Assembly (NCBI RefSeq): GCF_018398935.1
Contig: NZ_CP074694.1
Location: forward strand, 5,010,001 to 5,042,000
Length of the DNA: 32,000 bases
Origin: Telmatocola sphagniphila
GTDB taxonomy: Bacteria > Planctomycetota > Planctomycetia > Gemmatales > Gemmataceae
Direction of reading: 5' to 3'
Positions 17,435 to 25,740 of this stretch are shown piece by piece; position 1 is the stretch's first letter, and the number at the start of each line of letters is the position of its first letter. The translations under genes and the position numbers were made by a program. Under the pieces are notes generated by a model. The model was not told the origin of the DNA and made no database searches. It saw only the letters and a list, made by a program, of their open reading frames with translations.

Positions 17435-20400
17435 GTGTCGAAATTCTCTAGTCGTCGTTCTTGGTTTTCTGCCAAGCTGCCCCTTTCGCTGCTGGGTTTC
17501 GGTTCTGAAAAATCCCCGCGCAAGCACCATAAGACCAAATTGGGGCTGGAATCACTCGAAGATCGAACGGTCCCGACGATCTCGCTGGTCAACGCTCCGA
17601 ACTGGATCGAACAGGGAGGGTTGATCACCAATGCCTCCTCCAACACAACTAGTAGTACTCCCGGGCTCAATAACCAGGCAGTTGGCACCATCAACACGGT
17701 GGCCACCCCTTACGGCAATGCCAACATCATCTATGCCGGTGGTTCCAACGGCGGTGTCTGGCGGACGCTCAACGGCGGTCTGAGCTGGTCGCCACTCACC
17801 GACCAGATGCCCTCCAATTCGATCAGCAAGATCGTTATTAATCCCTTCAATACGAGCCAGGTTCTGGTCGGTCTGGGCGCCACCTCCTCCGGAGCGGCCA
17901 ATGGCTACCCCACTATCAGTGGCGATCTGATCGGCCTGTATTACTCGACCAACGCTGATGCCGCCGACCCGACCCAGGTGAAATGGACGATTATTTCCGG
18001 AGCCACAGCGACCAATCCCAATGCTAACCTCTTCGTCGGCCAGACGATTACTGGCTTGGCCATTCGCAACAATTACATGCTGGTGTCTGATTCCCAAGGC
18101 CTCTATCGTTCGATCGATGGCGGCAAGACCTGGGCCTTGATCAGTGGCACGGGTGGTCTCCCCGCCATGGGCATCTTCGACCTGGCCGAAGTTCCTCCTC
18201 CCCGCGTTCCCCCGCTGGTTTTAACCGAACCGACTAAGCCGGATGACTTCTACGTTGTCGGTCAAGGTGGCCTGTTCCGCTCCACGAACGGGGGCGTGAC
18301 CTGGACCAATATGAACGTAACATTCGCGGAGAACGACGGCACTGCCGTGACTCTGACGAATGCGATCAATGCAAAGATTTCCGTCCACTTCGACGTGTAC
18401 GACTACGTCGTCTATGTGGGTGTGGTAACTCCGAACCAATTGAATCCAGCAAAAACTCCTGCCGCTTTACCGTTGGTTCAAGCGATTCCTGAGGGTACCC
18501 AGGAAGTCTGCCTCAGTTGGATCAACCTGTCGCTGGCCAATCCGGTCTGGACCGCGATGGATCAACCCCGGCAACTGACTCAGGCCCAAGGCCCAGTACC
18601 TTGGATGATCGGTTTTAACCTTGAAGGAATTGATCCTACGACGCTGGGCATGACCAGTGCCACGATCAATAATCAGTCAGGCATTCTAGTTAGTTGGGCG
18701 GAAGCCTTCAGCAATTATCACACTGGGGATCGCGTTCGAGTCACCAACATTCCCATTCAGTCCGTCAATCCGGACGTCGACGGTGCTAACGGCGACTGGC
18801 AGATTATCAAAGTCAATGCTTCCCAGATTTTACTCATAGGCGCAACCTTCAACGGGACCTACGGTGGCAACCAGCAGTTCCCTAATCCGCAGGCCCTAAT
18901 TCAGCTTTGGGAAGATCCGACCTATGGCAGCACCGGAGCTACGAATTTCTCCATAGTTGCGGACAACTATAACTCGAACGTCGTTTACATCGGGGGCGAT
19001 TTCACCGATACGAACTGGGCTAATACCACGGCAGGAGCCGCAGGAAATACCGGTGTCGTTCTCGAAGGCAATCGACTCGCCTTCCATTCGGCCGGTCGTT
19101 ATAAGTACAGCTATTTACCTTATCAGGGAAGCCCACCTCCTTTTCAGGAAGCCCAATGGCAGGCTCTGACGAACGGTTTCACGCCGGCCTCGGAACCCGC
19201 AAATGGTATTCTGACGACGCCTTCGTTGGGTACGGCCCCGTTCAGCGGTAGCCGACAACTCATTATGGATGCGAATTACGGCTTGTTGGATGCTACCGAG
19301 GGTGGCCTCTACCAGCTGAAGAAATTCTCCTCCACGAATTTCCCCCTTTCGGCAGACTTCCCAACCGGCTCCTGGACTTCTTTGAATCAGGGTCTTAACG
19401 TCGGCGAAGTGAATGCCGTCGGCCTGGATGTGGCCAATAACATCATCGTGGCTGGTACGGCGACTCAGGGCTCTATCGTTCAAAGTGCCTCCGGAAGCCA
19501 GATCTGGAATACGATTGACAACAACCAAAACACGTCGACTCAACGAGGGAGCGGGTATTTCGTATACGTCGACAATACGGGTACGACTCAAACGATTCGT
19601 TACACCCTCGGTAACGAAGCTTTCAGTGCCCTGGGTGCCGGTGTAGATCAGCAAATTTTCAACACCAGTAACACGCAGGTTGGCACCACCCAGCAAAATA
19701 TCTTCTCACAAACGAATTACAATCCGTTCGTAATCAACGCCGTCGATCCGACACGAGCCTTATTGGGTGGTACGACGACGAATTCAGTTACAGGACCTTA
19801 CGGCTTAGTGGAAATTACTGGTGTGAGTTCGGCTAACCCGGTACTAACCGCGGTTACGCCTCCCAACATGTTTTCGCAACCCAGCCAGGTTCTGAGCATC
19901 GCCTACGGCGGCAAGGATCCCGATGGCACGCTCGAACCAAACGTCGCCTACATCGGCACCAGTTCGGGGCAGATCTACGTCCGGGCGCCGGGGCAGAATG
20001 AATTCTTCCCGAAATTCCCGCCTTCGTATCCCGTGAAGCTGGTCACCGGGATCGTCATGGATCCTAATAACTGGAAGATTGCCTATGCCGTCCGGGGCTC
20101 GGACGTCATCATGACTGTCGATGGCGGCAATACCTGGACGAATATTACCGACAACCTGATCAACTCGGTTTCCAACCCGATCGGCAACGGCATTCAGATC
20201 ACCGATCAATTGAGTTGCATCGCTTTGTGGACCGATCCCAGTAACCCCACCAACCAGGAGCTGGTCGTCGGTGGCCGGGGCGGTTACTTCCGTTTGAATC
20301 TGGATCAGAATCTGAACACCGGCACCAGCTGGAGCCGCTACGGCGCCAACCTGCCCTACGTGATCGGTCAGTCTCTCCAGTTCTATGGCAACACATTGGT

Positions 20401-23400
20401 AGCCGGCACCTACGGTCGAGGCGTTTGGGAAATTCCCGATGTTTCCTCGACCATTCAGCAGGTTGTTACGGTGGTCGTCACCGATTCGGTCGGCGGCCGA
20501 AATATCTTAATTTCTCAGGATCCCACGCTTCCGAATAACGTCGATATCACGGTTTACGACAGCAGCGGCAACGTCGTCGAATCGGCCAGTTACGACCGCT
20601 CCACGTTCCAGAATTTGATCGTCAACGCCAAGGGAGCGGGCGATACTGTCACGGTTCGCAACTCGACCGGCTCGAATCCCAACACCGTGGACTTCGTCAA
20701 CTTCCAGCTGACCATCAACGGCGACAACGATGCGGGAGCCAAACTGATCGTCGATGACTCCGGGAATACTGTCGGTAAGTCGTTAACGGTGACCTCGAAC
20801 AACATCAGCGTCTACCCGGGGGATAAATACTTCGGCAACGGCGGTTACATTACCTACACCGGCTACGCAAATGGTACCGGCACCATCAACCTGGGTAATG
20901 GCGGAGACACCACAACGGTTAGCGGCTACACTTTCCACACATTGATCATGAACGATGGCAATGGCGGTAACAAACTGACCATTACCGGCACCAGCCCCAA
21001 CGCAACTGATTCACTGACTTACACCAGCGGAACGGGCAATGATACTGTGCTCATCACTGCCGATACTTCGATCCTGAACATCAATACCGGCGGCGGCAAC
21101 GATAACATTTCAGTCACGAGTGAAGCGGCAACCGGCACGATTAACATCTCGGCCGGCGATGGCAACGACACCGTCTACTTCGGAAATATTCTGGCCAACA
21201 TCATGGGGGTCGTGAATGCCGACGGCGGCACGGGTAACAATACCATCGTGTTCGACGATTCGGGCTCGGCTTCCTCGACCGGAACGATCAATAATCTGAT
21301 GATCACCGGCTTTGGCATGCCGAAAGGCATCTCTTACACCAACTTCACAAATATCACTGTGGATGGCAGTGCGACGGGCAACGATAACATTACCGTCAAT
21401 AACACGGTGGCCAACGGCACGACCACGATCAACACCGGCTCGGGCAACGACAACATTACCGTCAACAATGCTTCCGGCATCACCAACATCTTCATGGGGA
21501 CCGGTAACGATAACGCCACGGTCAACAACGCCACAGGCATTCTGTCGATCTACGGCGAAAGCCAGGGGCAGACTTCGGGCTCAGCCTCGAACTTCGTCAA
21601 CTTTGCCCTGCGGGCCAGTGCGGCGGGCAGCACCGTGAACCTGATCAGCCCGTTCAGCAGCACGAACTTCAACGTGTCGTCGAACGCGACGATTCAGCAG
21701 GTGAACAACGGCGTTCTCAGCAAGATTCAGGGGAACACGAACATCACCGGCGGTACCGGCACCGATGTTCTGAATCTCAACGATTACAATTCTCCTTCAA
21801 GCACCGGCAACTTCTCGGCGACGCAGATGTCCGGTTTCGGCATGGGCAGCGGACTGCTGACCTACGGCGGTGTCGGCCTGGTTAACTTGAATCTGGCCAA
21901 TGGTCCCGCTAGCGACAACGTCACGGTCAGCGGTACGATTCAAGGCACCACCAACATCAATACCAACGGCGGTAACGACACGCTGACCATCCAGAACGCC
22001 TCGGGCACGGTGAACGTGGCCGCGGGCGGCGGCAACGACAATATCACCATCAATAACTTCGACGGTCTGACCGCGACTGCGGGTGTCTTCGGCGTGATGA
22101 CGGTGACTGGTGGTGGTGGCAACAACATCTTCTCCCTCCAGAAGAACTCCGCGAAGGTTGTCATCAACGGTGTCAGCGGCAACAACATCTTCAACATTTC
22201 CGGCTCGGCGACCCCTGCGGGCGTGGGTACGAGTGGTACGCTCGCAGGCATTCAAGGCGTCGTCCAACTCGATGGCGGTACCGGAACGAATATTCTGAAC
22301 GCCAGCGACTACGGAGCCATCGCCAGCACGGGTACTATCAATACTTCCCTGATCACCGGTTTCGGCATGGCCGCCACCGGCATCAGTTACACTCGGTTCG
22401 CCACCGCCAACATCAACTCCTCCAACGGTCCGGGCAGCGATTTGATCCAGATCGCCAGCACGATCAGCGGTACGACGAACGTGTACACCAATGCGGGTAC
22501 CGATACCGTCAACGTGGTGAAATTCAACGGTCCGCTGAACGTTTACGGCGGCGTCGGCAATCACACCTTTAACGTGGCTTCGGATGCCAGCACCAACCTT
22601 GGAACCGTTGCCAATGTTCAGTATCCACTGACCATCAACGGCGGCGGCGGTCAGAATACCCTGAATATCAGCAACTATGGGGCGGTCCCCAACGCACTCC
22701 CCGGTAATCTGACGGGTACCTTGAGCGCCAGCAGTCTGACCGGTTTCGGCATGGCCGCCACCGGCATCGTTTACAAGGGCATCACCACTCTGAATCTGCA
22801 GCTGAACAACACCGGCAACGTCAGTCTGAATGTTACCGGCACAGGTGCCTCCACTGCCACCAACGTTTATGGCAACGGCGGCACCGATGCCTACACGATT
22901 CAGGGGAGCAGCCTCACCGGGATCAACACGTTCATCGGTGGGGCGGGCAATGCGAATAGCTTCATCGTCAATGCCGGAACGGGCATCACCGGCAGCGCCG
23001 TCCAACTGATCGGCGGACCTTCCGGCAACATTGGCAATAACACGGTTGTGTTCAACGGCCGAACTTCGAGCGATGCCTTCAAGTTGAGCCTGGGTGTCAA
23101 TAACAACCAGTTGAGCGGGTTGGGCGCCCCCGTCAACTTCAACAATATTGAAGATGTCTCCACCAACGGCAACGGTGGCTCCGACACCTTCACTCTCACC
23201 AATAGTCTGGGTATCGGTTTTGGAACTCTGGCTAACCCCAGTACGGGTGTCGTCTACCGTCCGACCGGAGCCAGCTCGGGCGACTTCCGCTTCAATATCG
23301 ATCCGACGACGGGCCTCTCGGCCAACCTCGCTCAGACACCGACAATCCACTTCTCGAGCATTACCGGAAACGTCACTTACAGTGGCAATCCGACCAATGG

Positions 23401-24874
23401 AGCGAAGGATGTACTGGTCGTTCTAGGAACGAGTACGACCGGTCAGAGCTCAGGGTTGCCGTATAACGAAACTACCAGCGCCAACGGCAATGACACCTTC
23501 GTCATCACCGATTCCAGCCTGACATTGAATAACGTCGGAACGACCGCGAACCCCGGTCTGGGCGCGATGCATGGCATCACCTACACCTCGACGAACTTGG
23601 CCGAACTCTACGTCTTCACCGGTAATGAAACGGGGAACAAGGGCGATACCGTAACGGTAACTCCTTCTAAGAATTTGACCATGCTTATCGACGGTGGGCT
23701 GCCCTCCGGTGTCACACCGGGAGATACGCTGAACATCGTTACCAATGGCACGCACACGATTAACACCGTATCCGACCCGACGCTGGGTCCACCGCATTTC
23801 GTCCTGACACAGGGCGACGGCTCCTCGGTGGGTTATCTCAATTTTGAAACCGTCAATTCCGGTAGCACCGGTGGCGGTGGTGGCGGCGGCAGCGGTGGTG
23901 GCGGCGGCAGCGGTGGAACCACCTCGTCGATTATCGCAGTAGGCAGCGCCGGTGGTGTGACGGGTACGGTTCAGGTTTTCAATTCCAATGGAACCCTGCT
24001 CCGACAGTTCGTCCCTTATGCCGGATACATGGGCGCGGTACACGTGGCCGTAGGCGATGTCAATGGCGATGGCATTCCCGATATCATCACCTCGCCGGGC
24101 GCTGGTGTCGATCCGCACGTCGAAGTATTCGATGGTGTGACCGGAAACCTGATCTACAGCTTCGATGCCTTCGCACCGACCTTCGTGAGCGGTATCACCG
24201 TGGCCGTGGGTGATCTGAACGGCGATGGTTACGGCGACATTATCGTCGGAGCCGGGGCCGGCGGACCTCCGCACGTCATCGTCTTCAGCGGTAAGGACCT
24301 CACCGTTCTTCGCAGCTTCTACGCTTATGCCCAGGGATTCCTGGGTGGCGTGACCGTGGCGGCCGGAGATCTGATGGGCGATGGTAACATGGATATCATC
24401 ACCGGCACTGGTCCGGGCAGCCCGCCGCACGTCGAAGCCTTCCGCTACAGCGACATGGCTTTGGTCCGCAGCTTCTATGCTTACGATCCCGCCTTCCTGG
24501 GTGGCGTGTCTGTGGCGGCCGGCGATCTCACGGGGAATGGCTATGCCGACCTCGTCGTGGGAGCAGGTGTGGGTGCTTCTTCTCACATCGAAGCATTTGA
24601 CGGCCAGACGAACAACCTGGTCGCCAGCTTCCTGGTCAACAACAACGGCGTGTCTTCAGGCGTCGGTTCAATTCCTCGTCAGGCCGCGGCAGTGGTCGCC
24701 GTCGGGGATCTGGGAAGTACCGGCACCAATGCGATTCTGGTGGGCAGCGGCCCGGGTACTTACTCGACAATTCGCAGCTTCCGAATCACCCCGGCCTTCC
24801 AACAGGGCCAGAGCCTCCAAGCCTTCACACCGACGTTCGGCTTCGGGGTGTGGCTCGGTGCCAGCCAGGATTAA
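17435..24874 (+). CDS. Giant (2,479 aa) putative secreted/cell-surface protein: LEDR-type leader, Asp-box/BNR propeller-like region, repeated TGFGM/GxGND modules, Gly-Ser linker, FG-GAP-like propeller
   Basis: GGAG at 17423-17426 lies 8 nt before the GTG at 17435, and the ORF is uninterrupted for 7,440 nt. Asp-box-like motifs are VWRTLNGGLSWSPL, LYRSIDGGKTWALI, LFRSTNGGVTWTNM and IMTVDGGNTWTNIT. (T/S)GFGM occurs at aa 1291, 1466, 1641 and 1769. There are five VA(V/A)GD(L/V)xGxG repeats at aa 2204-2430. The gene ends in a double stop TAATAA followed by a terminator. Confidence 0.92.
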   Translation: MSKFSSRRSWFSAKLPLSLLGFGSEKSPRKHHKTKLGLESLEDRTVPTISLVNAPNWIEQGGLITNASSNTTSSTPGLNNQAVGTINTVATPYGNANIIYAGGSNGGVWRTLNGGLSWSPLTDQMPSNSISKIVINPFNTSQVLVGLGATSSGAANGYPTISGDLIGLYYSTNADAADPTQVKWTIISGATATNPNANLFVGQTITGLAIRNNYMLVSDSQGLYRSIDGGKTWALISGTGGLPAMGIFDLAEVPPPRVPPLVLTEPTKPDDFYVVGQGGLFRSTNGGVTWTNMNVTFAENDGTAVTLTNAINAKISVHFDVYDYVVYVGVVTPNQLNPAKTPAALPLVQAIPEGTQEVCLSWINLSLANPVWTAMDQPRQLTQAQGPVPWMIGFNLEGIDPTTLGMTSATINNQSGILVSWAEAFSNYHTGDRVRVTNIPIQSVNPDVDGANGDWQIIKVNASQILLIGATFNGTYGGNQQFPNPQALIQLWEDPTYGSTGATNFSIVADNYNSNVVYIGGDFTDTNWANTTAGAAGNTGVVLEGNRLAFHSAGRYKYSYLPYQGSPPPFQEAQWQALTNGFTPASEPANGILTTPSLGTAPFSGSRQLIMDANYGLLDATEGGLYQLKKFSSTNFPLSADFPTGSWTSLNQGLNVGEVNAVGLDVANNIIVAGTATQGSIVQSASGSQIWNTIDNNQNTSTQRGSGYFVYVDNTGTTQTIRYTLGNEAFSALGAGVDQQIFNTSNTQVGTTQQNIFSQTNYNPFVINAVDPTRALLGGTTTNSVTGPYGLVEITGVSSANPVLTAVTPPNMFSQPSQVLSIAYGGKDPDGTLEPNVAYIGTSSGQIYVRAPGQNEFFPKFPPSYPVKLVTGIVMDPNNWKIAYAVRGSDVIMTVDGGNTWTNITDNLINSVSNPIGNGIQITDQLSCIALWTDPSNPTNQELVVGGRGGYFRLNLDQNLNTGTSWSRYGANLPYVIGQSLQFYGNTLVAGTYGRGVWEIPDVSSTIQQVVTVVVTDSVGGRNILISQDPTLPNNVDITVYDSSGNVVESASYDRSTFQNLIVNAKGAGDTVTVRNSTGSNPNTVDFVNFQLTINGDNDAGAKLIVDDSGNTVGKSLTVTSNNISVYPGDKYFGNGGYITYTGYANGTGTINLGNGGDTTTVSGYTFHTLIMNDGNGGNKLTITGTSPNATDSLTYTSGTGNDTVLITADTSILNINTGGGNDNISVTSEAATGTINISAGDGNDTVYFGNILANIMGVVNADGGTGNNTIVFDDSGSASSTGTINNLMITGFGMPKGISYTNFTNITVDGSATGNDNITVNNTVANGTTTINTGSGNDNITVNNASGITNIFMGTGNDNATVNNATGILSIYGESQGQTSGSASNFVNFALRASAAGSTVNLISPFSSTNFNVSSNATIQQVNNGVLSKIQGNTNITGGTGTDVLNLNDYNSPSSTGNFSATQMSGFGMGSGLLTYGGVGLVNLNLANGPASDNVTVSGTIQGTTNINTNGGNDTLTIQNASGTVNVAAGGGNDNITINNFDGLTATAGVFGVMTVTGGGGNNIFSLQKNSAKVVINGVSGNNIFNISGSATPAGVGTSGTLAGIQGVVQLDGGTGTNILNASDYGAIASTGTINTSLITGFGMAATGISYTRFATANINSSNGPGSDLIQIASTISGTTNVYTNAGTDTVNVVKFNGPLNVYGGVGNHTFNVASDASTNLGTVANVQYPLTINGGGGQNTLNISNYGAVPNALPGNLTGTLSASSLTGFGMAATGIVYKGITTLNLQLNNTGNVSLNVTGTGASTATNVYGNGGTDAYTIQGSSLTGINTFIGGAGNANSFIVNAGTGITGSAVQLIGGPSGNIGNNTVVFNGRTSSDAFKLSLGVNNNQLSGLGAPVNFNNIEDVSTNGNGGSDTFTLTNSLGIGFGTLANPSTGVVYRPTGASSGDFRFNIDPTTGLSANLAQTPTIHFSSITGNVTYSGNPTNGAKDVLVVLGTSTTGQSSGLPYNETTSANGNDTFVITDSSLTLNNVGTTANPGLGAMHGITYTSTNLAELYVFTGNETGNKGDTVTVTPSKNLTMLIDGGLPSGVTPGDTLNIVTNGTHTINTVSDPTLGPPHFVLTQGDGSSVGYLNFETVNSGSTGGGGGGGSGGGGGSGGTTSSIIAVGSAGGVTGTVQVFNSNGTLLRQFVPYAGYMGAVHVAVGDVNGDGIPDIITSPGAGVDPHVEVFDGVTGNLIYSFDAFAPTFVSGITVAVGDLNGDGYGDIIVGAGAGGPPHVIVFSGKDLTVLRSFYAYAQGFLGGVTVAAGDLMGDGNMDIITGTGPGSPPHVEAFRYSDMALVRSFYAYDPAFLGGVSVAAGDLTGNGYADLVVGAGVGASSHIEAFDGQTNNLVASFLVNNNGVSSGVGSIPRQAAAVVAVGDLGSTGTNAILVGSGPGTYSTIRSFRITPAFQQGQSLQAFTPTFGFGVWLGASQD
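23876..23916 (+). repeat. Perfect tandem 18-bp repeat (2.3 copies) encoding the (GGGGGS)2 linker
   Basis: ggtggtggcggcggcagc occurs at 23876-23893 and again at 23894-23911. A partial third copy, ggtgg, follows. The repeat lies inside the giant ORF (aa 2146-2161). Confidence 0.95.
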
Positions 24875-24907
24875 TAACTGCCAACTTCGAATTAAGAACA
24901 CCACCCG

Positions 24908-24937
24908 CGGGGCGATTTATCGCCCCGTTTTTGTTTT
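24908..24937 (+). terminator. Rho-independent terminator of the giant gene
   Basis: The stem is cGGGGCGA / TCGCCCCg with loop TTTA (24908-24927). It is followed by TTTTTGTTTT (24928-24937), 34 nt after the stop codon. Confidence 0.85.
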
Positions 24938-24952
24938 AAGCGAGGGAATCGC

Positions 24953-24981
24953 TTGACATTTTTAACGCTGTTAAGTATCAT
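24953..24981 (+). promoter_or_regulatory. Near-consensus sigma70-type promoter with an embedded palindromic operator candidate for the TetR-efflux operon
   Basis: TTGACA (24953-24958), a 17-nt spacer, then TATCAT (24976-24981). The spacer contains the perfect inverted repeat TTAAC-GCT-GTTAA (24962-24974). A related site, TTAAC-ACC-GTTAC, lies at 25037-25049. Confidence 0.55.
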
Positions 24982-25079
24982 ACCGATGTTAAATTTTTTG
25001 CTCGATGGTCTGCGAGCTTTTTTCGCGACTATTAATTTAACACCGTTACATGATTTTACAACGTTACGGACTCTCCCCC

Positions 25080-25740
25080 ATGACCTCCACGAACACCAGC
25101 CAAGAGAGAAGAGAGAAACACAAGATCGAACTGCGCTCCAAAATCCTGGATGCTGCCCGGGAATTGATCGTAGACCAGGGGGTGGATCAATTTTCGATGC
25201 GAAAGCTGGCCGCAAAGATCGGTTACACGGCCACGGCGATCTATTTCCATTTCGCGGATAAAGAGACGTTGATTCAGGAACTGGTCGATCTCGATTTCAT
25301 CAAGTTCCGCGAGCAGTTCGACGGCCTCGAACAGAAAGCCGACCCGATCGAGCGGATTCGCCTGATGGGTTTAGCCTTCGTTTCCTTCTTCTCGCGCAAC
25401 CCCAGTCACTTTCGATTTTTGTTCATGACGCCGAATCTCAAAATGGTCCCTTCGGCGAAGGTCGTCACCCAAGGCAATCCGGCGGAAGACAACTATTGCC
25501 TTTTGAAATCGACGGTGGAAGAGGCGCTCGCTCAGAATCGGTTTCGCGAAGAGTTGCGGGACAGCGACGAAATCTGCCAGATCCTGATGGCGGTCGTGCA
25601 TGGGGTGGTTTCGAATCACATTTCACATTTGCCGGGAAGCCCATCCGTGGATCGAATTTCGCCCGGTAGAACAAACGGCTCAGAGTGCCATCACCGCGGT
25701 AATTCGCGGCTTGCTGCGACAACCGGAGGAGATGAAATGA
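25080..25740 (+). pseudogene. TetR/AcrR-family repressor with an apparent +1 frameshift near codon 185
   Basis: The N-terminal HTH is RSKILDAARELIVDQGVDQFSMRKLAAKIGYTATAIYFHF, in the frame of 25080. After about 25630 that frame gives odd text (PGSPSVDRISPGRTNGSECHHRGNSRLAATTGGDE) and runs without a stop into the next gene. The +1 frame gives HPWIEFRPVEQTAQSAITAVIRGLLRQPEEMK-stop. Its TGA (25738-25740) overlaps the ATG of the next gene (25737) as ATGA. The ATG at 25050 is an alternative start. Confidence 0.65.

Noticed and set aside
21370-21540. Near-identical DNA strings encoding GNDNITVNN as a possible mobile or tandem satellite repeat
   Set aside because: The similarity follows the in-frame protein rungs of the beta-helix-like module and diverges at synonymous positions. 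It is ordinary intragenic protein repeat structure, not an independent DNA element.
21797-24586. 517-aa and 378-aa minus-strand ORFs (21797-23350, 23450-24586), plus smaller ones inside the giant gene
   Set aside because: They are antisense to the repeat-rich giant ORF. They have low-complexity composition (A/G/D/R/V) and their apparent repeats simply mirror the sense-strand repeats.
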